DNA from: Antedon mediterranea
Taxonomy: Eukaryota; Animalia; Echinodermata
Direction of reading: 5' to 3'
Length of the DNA stretch: 64,000 nucleotides
NCBI RefSeq assembly: GCF_964355755.1
Contig: NC_092672.1
Location: 24,503,237 to 24,567,236 of the forward strand
Shown: positions 40,601-48,959 of the stretch, in pieces
Numbering within the stretch: position 1 is the first letter of the stretch
Layout of the letters: every line of letters starts with the position of its first letter
Position numbers and translations under genes: made by a program
Notes under the pieces: generated by a model
Seen by the model: only the letters and a program-made list of their open reading frames with translations
What the model was told of the DNA's origin: nothing
Database searches by the model: none

Positions 40601-42069
40601 AGCAGAAATCAAGACGAAAAAACATGAATTTTCCCTTAATATGGTCAAATACAAAATTTGGCAAAATTCTGCCATAAAAACCAGGAAGACTTTTTTTCAG
40701 TACTTAGGTAGTTTAACCTAATGTAATAACATGTCTGGTGACTCCTTAGAAGTTGAAAAAAAGATGGTGGATATACGGTGGATAATGTTTGCTATAGCAT
40801 GAAAATAAGAAAATCTGAAGTTGAATAAAAATACCAGAAATGTAAAATTCAACTTATATTACCTATATTTAGTGATCTGATAACATTTTTTACTACACCG
40901 TTTATTTTTCATAGCTTTTTAAAATGCCTCTCTATTTACAAAATGTGTGTACAAAGGAATAGAGATTTTACTGTGTAATTTGAACTATGCTCCCACTGAT
41001 AAGAAAGTGCTTATTTTCAACAAACTTGTGTAACACAAATAAAATCCCAAAAATTATGAAACAAAGGGGAAACTATAGATCGATAATTATTGGAGTGTAT
41101 GATCAATAGAAATGTTTTGCCCGCACCTGGCCTTTAAGATAATAACGTGAGAATTTAATTATCCACATTGATATTTTTTTTAATGGTTATCTAGTTAGTA
41201 AATCACTGATTTATTAGTAAAGTGTTGTCTATGGTGTGATGATTGTCTACCATGTGTCTTCTATGCATCATTTATGATGTGGATTTTAAACTTTAATTTC
41301 TTTTGGCAAATTACAATAGTATGGTCACAAAGATTATAAGTTGAATGGAAAGAATGTTTTAATGATTAAAAAGATTTCCTGTTTTGTTGACCTTCATACT
41401 TTTTATTTTTTAAAAATATATTCATTATTCAAAATGTTGGTACTGAAATTTTTTCAAATCTGCTATCTCGGCCTTTTATTGTGTCCACAAAAAAAACCCG
41501 ACCCAGTGACATATATTACACTGTTGATTTTTTTAGGTGAACTATCTGACGATAACTATTGGGAACTGCTCAGCAAAGTGTCATCGTGGTTCAAGAAATC
41601 AGAGAAAGTCAATCTATTGAAAGTTATACTTTGCAAGTGTGAACATATTTCTGTTGTAGAAATAGAAAGAAGGAATGATCCATTTGAGCTGTTTAAGTTA
41701 CTTGAAGGTCCTGGAATCATTAGCCAATCAAATATCGATGTTCTCATTGAAATCATTGCAATAGGAGGAATGAAGGGTGTGTATGAAAGCATCAAGCACT
41801 TGATACCAACCTTTGCTGGATTTGAGAAATTAATCATCTCTGATCGCTGGAATGATGTACGAAAGGTGATCAAATTCGGTCTTAAGATAAGTAACGCAGA
41901 TAAAGTAAAAATTGCACAGTTGCGTGGCCTAAAGGTTAAGGAATCAGATGATGTTTGGATTTTAATATTTCAGCTAGTAATGAAAGATACATTCACTAAA
42001 GAGAGCACAGAATTCGTTCGACTACTTAAGGACAATGACATGGATAGGCTTGTTACATTATTGGAATAG
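2073..42069 (+). CDS. Spliced ROCO-family protein, 5'-partial: ANK repeats - death domain - Roc GTPase - COR - tandem DED-like domains (22 exons, about 1172 aa in window)
   Basis: 22 exons with AG/GT boundaries and compatible phases join into one stop-free frame ending TAG at 42067-42069. Motifs: ankyrin GWTALH/GNSPLLLA, P-loop GLENVGKTS, G3 WDFGGQ, G4 IGTHYE, COR FPIKW / LDYLHDIGEIL / GYLPDDLFQR. No start codon in the window. Confidence 0.9.
3425..4249. mobile_element. Non-autonomous PIF/Harbinger-like MITE
   Basis: Imperfect TIR GGGCCGGATTTATCAA / TTGATAAATGCCAACC; 3-bp CAG on both flanks; internal CTTAAG-type subrepeats. Confidence 0.65.
6530..7080 (-). mobile_element. Degenerate LINE reverse transcriptase fragment
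   Basis: Minus strand near 7000-7030 reads LPDNPFFADDTTLY (the RT YADD-type motif); boundaries approximate. Confidence 0.45.
7110..7900 (-). mobile_element. CR1/L2-type LINE 3' fragment
   Basis: ORF 7197..7721 has VQRATKL, LPSLAFRR, TRGHNFKI, FFS..AVNDWNSLP, FKTHLE; short tandem tail (TTTACCTTGA) near 7115-7135. Confidence 0.8.
8950..9480 (-). mobile_element. Degenerate LINE ORF1-like relic
   Basis: Minus strand gives broken IENAY*TGK...PRHII...VIDDLP, resembling the L1/Crack ORF1 pattern IERAHRxG...PRxII...EDL. Confidence 0.35.
11233..11340 (+). mobile_element. Short Helentron/DINE-like non-autonomous element
   Basis: Inserted in T runs; 5' palindrome AGTCGCGTGGACGCGACT, GTCT/GTCG microsatellite, subterminal repeat CGCGACT. 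Confidence 0.55.
12872..14125 (-). mobile_element. Non-autonomous Helitron
   Basis: Minus strand starts TCTATATATAA and ends with the hairpin CTAGATGGTACGCGAGCGAAGCGAGCGTACCATCTAG, with a 3'-terminal CTAG. Confidence 0.75.
15488..15586 (+). CDS. ROCO gene exon, ankyrin repeat (DGNSPLLLAAFFGQTACCMILVDAGSNVNQQNN)
   Basis: 99 bp, phase 0-0, tgtag|...|gtaagt. Confidence 0.9.
16479..16595 (+). CDS. ROCO gene exon, divergent ankyrin repeat (NGDNALHMIARSKLTYEEHKNAFVFFIKEGRIDISKKNK)
   Basis: 117 bp, phase 0-0, ttcaag|...|gttagt; GDNALH motif. Confidence 0.85.
16772..16818 (-). ncRNA. Minimal type I hammerhead ribozyme motif (Penelope-like relic)
   Basis: Minus strand: ttctc-CTGAGGA-c-GATCAA-agcata-TTGATC-GAAAC-GTC-aagaa. 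Confidence 0.6.
17586..17760. mobile_element. MITE with 5-bp TSD
   Basis: TIR CAGGGAACATTTTC / GAAAATTTTCCCTG; ATTGA on both flanks. Confidence 0.7.
18040..18133 (+). CDS. ROCO gene exon, ankyrin C-cap (NGESASDIYNENVCDKYDGEQKKTEILAILN)
   Basis: 94 bp, phase 0-1, gtcag|...|gtaagt. Confidence 0.8.
18574..18609 (+). CDS. ROCO gene micro-exon, linker (GGPLPYIEMTSS)
   Basis: 36 bp, phase 1-1, tttag|...|gtatga; keeps the frame but is skippable. Confidence 0.6.
19057..19305 (+). CDS. ROCO gene exon, death domain
   Basis: 249 bp, phase 1-1; DITIKELLYIA...LIAANLGMTQEDINSFE...YNMLNTW...ELVAALRKAEEKDVADKIE fits the six-helix death domain pattern. Confidence 0.85.
19799..19964 (+). CDS. ROCO gene exon, Roc N-terminus and G1 P-loop
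   Basis: VPEEILARGPDAVKAFQNALEEGQ...IFVGLENVGKTSTINSLL; phase 1-2. Confidence 0.9.
20466..20569 (+). CDS. ROCO gene exon, Roc G2/switch I region
   Basis: FNPLHIITDAMVKTTVC...; gtcag|...|gtaagt, phase 2-1. Confidence 0.85.
20625..20870 (-). mobile_element. tRNA-derived SINE
   Basis: Minus-strand head GGAGTTGTGGTTTGGTGGTTA (A box) ... GGGTTCAAGTCC (B box), then an AT-rich tail. Confidence 0.7.
21230..21352 (+). CDS. ROCO gene exon, Roc insertion part 1
   Basis: LDNMYQDAVTDVTVKHILKSPRHTKGCTPRAGPSKQETQS; phase 1-1; an alternative in-frame acceptor exists at 21236. Confidence 0.7.
21757..21864 (+). CDS. ROCO gene exon, Roc insertion part 2 (S/T/K-rich)
   Basis: SRHEKNPTGASTSKQEAKSGETSTSSNTMPSPQKE; tttcag|...|gtaaat, phase 1-1. 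Confidence 0.7.
21962..22494. mobile_element. TIR element bracketed by 73-bp direct repeats (21889-21961 and 22492-22564)
   Basis: ACCTGAAATGGACTTTCGATTTT / AAAATCGAAAATCCATTTCAGGT inverted ends; near-identical flanking repeat. Confidence 0.55.
22757..29086. mobile_element. 6.3-kb non-autonomous Sola3-like DNA transposon with nested insertions
   Basis: TTAA on both flanks; GAG...CTC termini (GAGCCATTGTCTGTAA / TTACAGACAATGGCTC); imperfect inverted arms extend about 0.5 kb (23100 vs 28725-28750; 23260 vs 28580). Confidence 0.75.
24087..26676 (+). mobile_element. Helentron-like composite element with a second one nested at about 24158-25445
   Basis: 5' palindrome AGGTTATATGCATGCATTCATGCATATAACCT, 3' subterminal ATGCATATAACCT plus stem-loop. 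Inner element: GGTTATCCGCCTCAAGGCGGATAA ... GGCGGATAACC. Confidence 0.55.
29198..29364 (+). CDS. ROCO gene exon, Roc G3 (MNIWDFGGQPIYHVIQR)
   Basis: acag|...|gtaaat, phase 1-0. Confidence 0.9.
30080..30169 (+). CDS. ROCO gene exon, Roc core (IFMVSYAVVCVVFNMKEGLNAPAKVLDPTT)
   Basis: 90 bp, phase 0-0, actag|...|gtaagt. Confidence 0.9.
30409..30567 (+). CDS. ROCO gene exon, Roc G4 (TNLDFILFWIRSV...IMLIGTHYE)
   Basis: 159 bp, phase 0-0. Confidence 0.9.
30989..31258 (+). CDS. ROCO gene exon, Roc G5 region and start of COR (FTIENS...FPIKWLQV)
   Basis: 270 bp, phase 0-0, ttttag|...|gttaga. Confidence 0.9.
32004..32189 (+). CDS. ROCO gene exon, COR-A (LLDYLHDIGEILFYP)
   Basis: 186 bp, phase 0-0; COR signature LxxLHxxGxI. 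Confidence 0.9.
32428..34720. repeat. 74-bp minisatellite, about 31 near-identical copies, intronic
   Basis: Unit GTAGAACCCCTATTAAAGAGGACACCACATAATGTGGACCCAACAAAGTGTGATCCCTTTAATAGAGGTTAGTT. Confidence 0.97.
35963..36118 (+). CDS. ROCO gene exon, COR (GKLDEKLLRHIW...SLMQTFGLMC)
   Basis: 156 bp, phase 0-0. Confidence 0.9.
36205..36486 (+). CDS. ROCO gene exon, COR-B (FYVLSRL...DGYLPDDLFQRV)
   Basis: 282 bp, phase 0-0, ctatag|...|gtaaac. Confidence 0.9.
36736..36825 (+). CDS. ROCO gene exon, COR-B continuation
   Basis: 90 bp, phase 0-0, tgcag|...|gtaagc. Confidence 0.85.
37205..37421 (+). CDS. ROCO gene exon, end of COR (VLNFLEKEL...IRCACS...LPCKS)
   Basis: 217 bp, phase 0-1. Confidence 0.85.
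37611..37739 (+). CDS. ROCO gene exon, Ser-rich linker with basic patch (PSSIKKRKT)
   Basis: 129 bp, phase 1-1, atttag|...|gtaatg. Confidence 0.75.
37860..38175. repeat. 28-bp minisatellite, about 11 copies
   Basis: Unit ATACACGCCTCAGTGTATCCTTGTCTTT. Confidence 0.95.
38170..39030 (-). mobile_element. Degenerate DIRS/Ngaro-type retrotransposon ORF1 (gag-like) fragment
   Basis: Minus strand: LKNKIQAHRFVDMCDL ... EWFTAFFDFATIYL ... WQLYDRQFR ... GFCRVFH..CSNDSCAFKHTC, with stops and frameshifts. Confidence 0.7.
39027..39755. repeat. About 122-bp tandem repeat, about 6 copies
   Basis: Repeated CCTCTTTATCTACCCACTAGACTAGAC...CATGTAGATATGGAAGGCAACAAACAACTGACAT. Confidence 0.95.
40178..40222 (+). 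CDS. ROCO gene micro-exon, Thr-rich linker (TQTTTPLATSSLRT)
   Basis: 45 bp, phase 1-1, tgtatag|...|gttagt. Confidence 0.6.
41537..42069 (+). CDS. ROCO gene terminal exon, tandem DED-like death-fold domains
   Basis: ttttag acceptor, phase 1. YWELLSKVSSWF...LLKVIL...PFELFKLLEGPGIISQSNIDVLIEII resembles a DED (LFxxLExxGxIxxxNxxxLxE); it is followed by a second, more diverged helical unit. Confidence 0.75.
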
Positions 42070-43013
42070 ATAGAATACAAGATAACAATACATAACATGT
42101 GACAACATAACACTGAATTAACATTCTACTACTTAAGGACAATGACATGGATAGCCTTGCTACATTATTGGAATAGATAGAATACAAGATAACAATACAT
42201 AACATGTGACAACATAACACTGAATTAACATTCTACTACTTAAGGACAATGACATGGATAGCCTTGCTACATTATTGGAATAGATAGAATACAAGATAAC
42301 AATACATAACATGTGACAACATAACACTGAATTAACATTCTACTACTTAAGGACAATGACATGGATAGCCTTGCTACATTATTGGAATAGATAGAATACA
42401 AGATAACAATACATAACATGTGACAACATAACACTGAATTAACATTCTACTACTTAAGGACAATGACATGGATAGCCTTGCTACATTATTGGAATAGATA
42501 TAATACAAGATAACAATACATAACATGTGACAACATAACACTGAATTAACATTCTACTACTTAAAGACAATGACATGGATAGCCTTGCTACATTATTGGA
42601 ATAGAAAGAATACAAGATAACAATACATAACATGTGACAACATAACACTACATTAACATTCTACTACTTAAGGACAATGACATGGATAGCCTTGCTACAT
42701 TATTGGAATAGATAAAATACAAGATAACAATACATAACATGTGACAACATAACACTGAATTAACATTCTACTACTTAAGGACAATGACATGGATAGCCTT
42801 GCTACATTATTGGAATAGATAGAATACAAGATAACAATACATAACATGTGACAACATAACACTGAATTAACATTCTACTACTTAAGGACAATGACATGGA
42901 TAGCCTTGCTACATTATTGGAATAGATATAATACAAGATAACAATACATAACATGTGACAACATAACACTGAATTAACATTCTACTACTTAAGGACAATG
43001 ACATGGATAGCCT
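42021..43013. repeat. 107-bp tandem repeat (9 copies plus a partial) overlapping the ROCO stop codon
   Basis: Units start at 42021, 42128 ... 42984 with ACTACTTAAGGACAATGACATGGATAG. Confidence 0.97.
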
Positions 43014-43217
43014 TTCTATGTTTTGAAATAGATAAAATTTAAATAACTATTAGAATCAGAATTAGCACTCTATATATCATAGTAATTTAAAGACAACCTG
43101 ATTTAAAAAGTGACTAAAATTGAATAGCAGTTCAGTTGGATTTTTTTTAAATATACTAATTACAACCAATCAAAATCTGAATTTGATTGTAAAGAACCTG
43201 TAAAGTTTTATTAAATA

Positions 43218-43326
43218 CAGTCAACTCATCCAAAACCATACCTTTAATGTCCCATTTTTTACCATTATTCGGAATACCAGACATATTAGCTCAGCCCAAG
43301 GCTGTCCTGTTTTGAAGAGTTGACTG
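43218..43326. mobile_element. pogo/Tigger-like MITE
   Basis: TA|CAGTCAACTCATCCAAAAC ... GTTTTGAAGAGTTGACTG|TA. Confidence 0.75.
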
Positions 43327-43505
43327 TATTATTAAATTATTTATCGGTTATTGTAATAATTTTTCAAACACAAGACAAATATTTAATCTTGGAAAAATTC
43401 ATACAGTAGTGATTCAGATTTAAAAGCTCTTGATGGTCGATACAACTTCTCTGTCCTTAAGGAGAATACAGACAGCTGAAGTTTAAAGATGAAATGTAGC
43501 TTACT

Positions 43506-45133
43506 GGGCCTGTTTCTGCTGCATAGAAAATAACCGGTTAAAATCGGTGTGAATAAATTAAAATCAGTGTGAATAAATTAACTCCATTTTCTTGGCAGCA
43601 GAAACAGGACACATTTGTGGTAACCGGTTAAAAGGCAGCGCAAAATAACCGGTTAAAAACACCAATTTAAATCGGTGTTAGAACGCCGTTTAACCGGTTA
43701 TCGCTGAGCAATTCTTAGCTGCAACACGAAATAACGGTTATTTGATTGACAGTTGTGACCCCGGGTCAGATACCGTCGCATACGATGTGTGTTTTCCTCG
43801 TGGTTTTGACAGTCGAACGAAGAAGTGAACATGTATGTGGATGAATGAAATCACAAGATATGTTATTCAGTTGTGGGGGGAGAGAAAGTACGGGGAAGGA
43901 TGGCAGGGAATAGAAAAGAATCACAGATAATAAATAAGAGCATTTTTGCGAAAGTAAAAGAGGAGTTTGGGGTGGAGTTCCGGGGACTACCCAAGCTAAA
44001 CAATTTGAGGCGTTAGTACACGCTCGCGAAGGGTATGGATGGTCCCCTATATAAACACCAAAACGGAAACAAAAGGAACTCAGAATGTTGCAAATACCTA
44101 CCAAACGATAGTAGATAATGGTTAATTAATTATGAAAACCCAAATTTTATAGCAAAAATCATCCGAATTTATGTTATAAACGATGAATTTAGCAACAAAA
44201 ACTTAATCCAAACGAGCGTATTTATGGCATGCCCTTAGTGCCTTTAATAGGAGAACAATGAACATTCTTACTTTGATCGTTTTACATAATAATTTTTTAG
44301 AAAAACATCACATCGACCGAAAACAAAGGTAATTAGAGCCTTTGATAATATATTAAATATGATTTTATTAAGCATAGAAATGTGTTATTATTTATGTTAG
44401 TACATAAATATACGAAATAATGTTCAATACTCATTATTTTATTAAAGGCACTATATGCGTGCGATATTCTATGACTTGGATACTCTCGTTTGATTTAAGT
44501 TTTTGTGGCTAAACTAATCGTTTTTAACATAAATTCGGACGATTTTTGCTATAAAAGTTGGGTTTTCATAATTAATTAACAATTATCTACTCTCGTTTGG
44601 TAAGTATTGCAACATTCTGAGTCTCGTTTTTGTTTCCGTTTGGTGTTTTGTAGGACCGCGCTCGCGAAAGACAACAGTCGTTCACGTGGGAAGGGCCGTA
44701 TGTCATCGCCTTTGTTGAGGATAAAAATTATCCTAGTTTAGGCGATCGGGCGCTGCACGACCCTCCCCATCATGTTATTGAAGGCGCCATGAGAATTAAT
44801 TTTATTAGCGATGTAAGTAGGCTTTACAAAAAACAAAACTTGTAGACCTGGAGACAACATTTTATTTTTTTAACATGTTTGAGTGAGATGTTCGGCGATA
44901 TAATACACACGTGTGTACTCACGACGTCGATGTAAACAAACAGCCAACTTCTACTTCCGTCTGAGTGTATTGCATTTTGGGTAATGATGACGTTTTGCTC
45001 GACGACCACCCATAGATTTAACCGGTTATTTCGGAGCACAAATTGAGCAGAAACGCGGTCTTGTTATTGTTATCTATTTTTAATCTATTTTAAAATAACC
45101 GGTTAAATTGCGTTATGCAGCAGAAACAGACCC
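43506..45133. mobile_element. Non-autonomous Harbinger-like DNA element
   Basis: 20-bp TIR GGGCCTGTTTCTGCTGCATA / TATGCAGCAGAAACAGACCC; ACT on both flanks; subterminal TAACCGGTTA palindromes. Confidence 0.75.
44041..44657. mobile_element. Long-palindrome (foldback) MITE nested in the Harbinger-like element
   Basis: About 200-bp imperfect inverted arms (AAACACCAAAACGGAAAC... / ...GTTTCCGTTTGGTGTTT). Confidence 0.7.
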
Positions 45134-45380
45134 ACTGTCACAAGTCTAACCTTTTTTTGCAAACCATATCTCTCTGTATTTGTAGCCTCTTTATCTACCC
45201 ACTAGACTAGACTCATTAATGTACAATAGATAGCATGTGATAGGAATAATTATTTCAATGTAGTTTATTTCAGGTGCTTTATAGTTGTTGCTTTGTCTTT
45301 TTTTCCAATTTATATTTGTGTATGTTTTTTTACAATCAATCATTGTGAGTTTATTTTAAATACTTGCATATTATTGTAAG

Positions 45381-45567
45381 TGTTAAAGCTTTGTACATTA
45401 TATTATATACGTTATGAAATAAAATGTGAACAAGATGATTTATTGTTAAAGCTTTGTACATTATATTATATACGTTATGAAATAAAATGCGAATAAGATG
45501 ATTTATTGTTAAAGCTTTGTACATTATATTATATACGTTATGAAATAAAATGTGAATAAGATGATAT
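45381..45567. repeat. 63-bp tandem repeat, about 3 copies, each with AATAAA
   Basis: TGTTAAAGCTTTGTACATTATATTATATACGTTATGAAATAAAATG... at 45381, 45444 and 45507. Confidence 0.9.
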
Positions 45568-46289
45568 ATTTTTGTATATAGACAATTGTAAAAATGAACA
45601 CATTTAATATTGTGTGTTTATATGATGTGGGATTTTTAGGTGGATGTGTGTTAACAGATAACAATAGTGATAGTAACAATAATAATGCACAGTTACAATA
45701 CTGATAACAATGTAGTCACTCATATAAACAAATAAAATATATAAATATTATTATATAATTTACTTATATAATGAGGACATGTTCACCTAAAGAGTGTGAG
45801 TGCTGGCTGTGTACAGGCTGATAGTCATTAAATTGTTTACACAACTTTTACCTGCTGCCACAATATTAGGTTAATTACATTTGGTATTTTAAGATGGAAA
45901 TTATCTGCAATTTTGAGGCAATTTTTATATGAAGTTTAAAAATCCAATAAATTGAAAGAAGAATACCAATCTAATATAATAGTTTTTGTATGTTTTTTTT
46001 TTCTGTAGGTAGGTTATGCAAACATTATGAATTATTCATCATGTGTAGTGCATCAGCTATGTTTGTTATAATGAATTGCTATGTTTAAAAAAAATCATCA
46101 GAAAATCACTATTAATTTATTTTGTGCATTATGAGAAATGCAGTTTATGGCTCAGCAAATGATGCAAACTAAGGGATTTAATGTATTACCAGTCTGTGGT
46201 ACAAGGGTTGTTGTTATTGTAATTATTAGGCCCATTATTGACAGTCCATTGGGGGAAACAACAAAAGCTGACCCGAAAATGGTTCTTAC

Positions 46290-48705
46290 CAAAGAATATA
46301 TGTCACAAGAATGAGTAATCCGCGATTTTCCCTGTAACAGTAATATTGTCCATGTGGTAGGGCGCCGCCATAAGTAAAGGATGTATACAACTTTTTGTGA
46401 CGGTTACACTAATCTAAGCCTGCACCACCGATAGTATTTTCATGATAAAAAATGTTATCAACTACATGCCAACATCATGTTAAATGCTGTTTGGATATTT
46501 AATTGTTCGTTTCATGCAATTTATGTAGTAAAAACTGCCGAAAAAACAGTTCGCTTCATCAACCGGGCGTGAATTGATGTTTACGCGTTTTCACGAAGGA
46601 TAGTTTAATAATATTTCTATATTTAACTTGTTTCTGGTATAACAAATAAATGTTAATGAAATTTAACATTGTATCCTATTAATAACATGTATTTTATACT
46701 AATTTATATCTTAAAAACAATACTTAATTTACCGGGCGTAGATTAGTACGCGGCAATGGTAAAGAATAGGCCGTGCTGAGTAACGCTTCGTTGATTTTTG
46801 GAGTTGCTGTTAGGCTTTTTTGTGAACTAATTTAGTATGGTAGTAAATAGTTTTCTGTAGAAGTGAATGTACACTACTTTGGTACAGGGGTGGCGCCAGG
46901 ATCTTCCGGACGCGGGGGCTACATTCCCCGACGAGGGGGCTATGCGAGCGAAGCGAGCATCACTAGGCTGGGGGCCAGGGGGCCGCCAAGGGCCCCCGGT
47001 GGGGGTCCAGGGGCCGAAGCCCCCGGAAGCAACGCGTTCTAGCGTCATTTGAGGTCATTTTAATCAGATTTAGGGTAGCCATTTTTTCCATTTTTTATAA
47101 TGCATAAATAAAATACTGCGTGCAAAAAAACGATGCGCGGTGACTGTTTCAATCCATATTTTTCAATTTAAAAAATAAAAGTTCAAAGAAAAATAGAGTT
47201 GGAGGTCCCGGAAATTAGACTTATTATACTTCAAAACATGAAACAAAATATATAAGTCCCTATCATGGTTGTGACTGAGCTAAGAAATGTTTGAAAAATA
47301 GAGATGTTAGGTCCCGGAAAATGCACTTCTTGTACTTCGAAATATGACCAGCTTTATTGTTGGGGCTGAGCTAAGAAAATGTTTAAAACTAGAGCTGCAG
47401 GTCTTCAAAAAATTGCATTTTATACTTTGGAAACATCAAGCCTAGAGGCTTAAAAAACGCAAGTAGACCTTTTTCAGTCGGGGAAATAAGTTTATTCCTC
47501 CCAAGTGTATGCGTGCGTACCATCTGGACTTCCGAGTGGTGAGAAATTCATGACATACAGGACATTGAAAATGTAATAACTTAGCTATAATAAGATGTTG
47601 GCTAAGCGAAAATGGCACGTTTTTTTTTTGTTTAGTAATTGATGAAAAATTCATTTAGGTGCCCCACGGTACAGAAGGTTACTTGTAAATTTAAAAATTG
47701 GTGAACATACGAACAATTAACTTAATTCGTTTTTGCTGTAGTGTAGCGTACGTCGACACAGTACACGACGTAACCGTCGGTAAACTTCGCCTGGAAAATA
47801 ACTACAGTACACATTTTGGTCCCCTGATGGAACATGATATCACGCGTCTCGACCCAACGTTGAACGATTCGTACAAAGGGATACCGCCAGACAAGTGCGT
47901 ACCTAACTATTGTTTAGTAGTAAGTTAGATCGCTGGCAATAATGAATGCATATAAAGTGCATAATATCACTCTGACGTACTCTCACGGTCAATGAAACGT
48001 CGCGGTTTTCTAGGCGCTGAAGCTAGCTACGAAGTGAACGCGAACGCTTTTTACTGTATATTATATTCCCCGACAAAAAGTACCCGTGTTCCCTTCGGTA
48101 ACCGTCAGTAAACTTCGCCTGGAAAATAACTACATTACACATTTTGGTCCCTGGATGGAACTTGATATCACGCGTCTCGACCCAACGTTGAACGATTCGT
48201 ACAAAGGGATACCGCCAGACAAGTGCGTACCTAGCTAATGTTTAGTAGTAAGTTAGATCGCTGGCAATAATGAATGCATAAAAGTGCATAATAGCCCTCT
48301 GACGTACTCTCACGTTCAATGGAACGTCGTGGTTTTCTAGGCGCTGAAGCTGTATGAAGTGAACGCGAACGTTTTTTACTGTATATTATATTCCCCGACA
48401 AAAAGTACCCGTGTTCCCCGACGGGGGGGCTAGGCTCCCCGACGAGGGGGCTAGAGCCCCCGTAGCCCCCCCGCTGGCGCCACCACTGCTTTGGTATTAT
48501 ATATGCATTATAAAATGTTTTACAATCGCAAAATATATTATCATAATTCTATTTAATCATAATGTGACATGTATAATATCTATTAAATCAAGTCTTATTT
48601 AGTCTGTATACATTCGCATCCCATCTGAGGGCGGGCATCACTCTCTGTTACAAATTTATTATGCAAAAATCGCGGAATACTCATTCTTGTGATATATAAT
48701 CTTTG
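46290..48705. mobile_element. Non-autonomous P-element-like transposon carrying a nested hAT element
   Basis: About 40-bp TIR CAAAGAATATATGTCACAAGAATGAGTAATCCGCGATTTT, matched at 48666-48705; 7-bp TSD TTCTTAC. Confidence 0.8.
46885..48488. mobile_element. Non-autonomous hAT element with an internal ~328-bp tandem duplication (47770 and 48098)
   Basis: TIR CAGGGGTGGCGCCAG / CTGGCGCCACCACTG; 8-bp TSD CTTTGGTA. Confidence 0.88.
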
Positions 48706-48959
48706 TTCTTACTAAAATCTCAATAATCTCAAATCAACTGATGGTCGCCGACGTTGACATTCCGAACAGAATACCTCCGACTCGTTTCGTAGATATTTTG
48801 ACAGAACAGACAATAAACTATTGGACAAAGCTACCTCGATTACACAAAACAGTACTGGTCAACAGTCAGTATTTTTACAGATTTAAAAAACAAAGCTTGT
48901 GGATAAAGCAAAAGAACGATTCACGTGACGAGTAAAGGATCCTTTTCTTTACGAATTAC

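Noticed and set aside
41341-41536. N-terminal part of the 242-aa ORF as a stand-alone gene
   Set aside because: It starts at TTG in AT-rich intron-like sequence; a good acceptor at 41536 joins the DED region in phase to upstream exons.
46827-47052. GC-rich ORFs on both strands
   Set aside because: They lie in the GC-rich terminal region of the non-autonomous hAT element; no protein motif.
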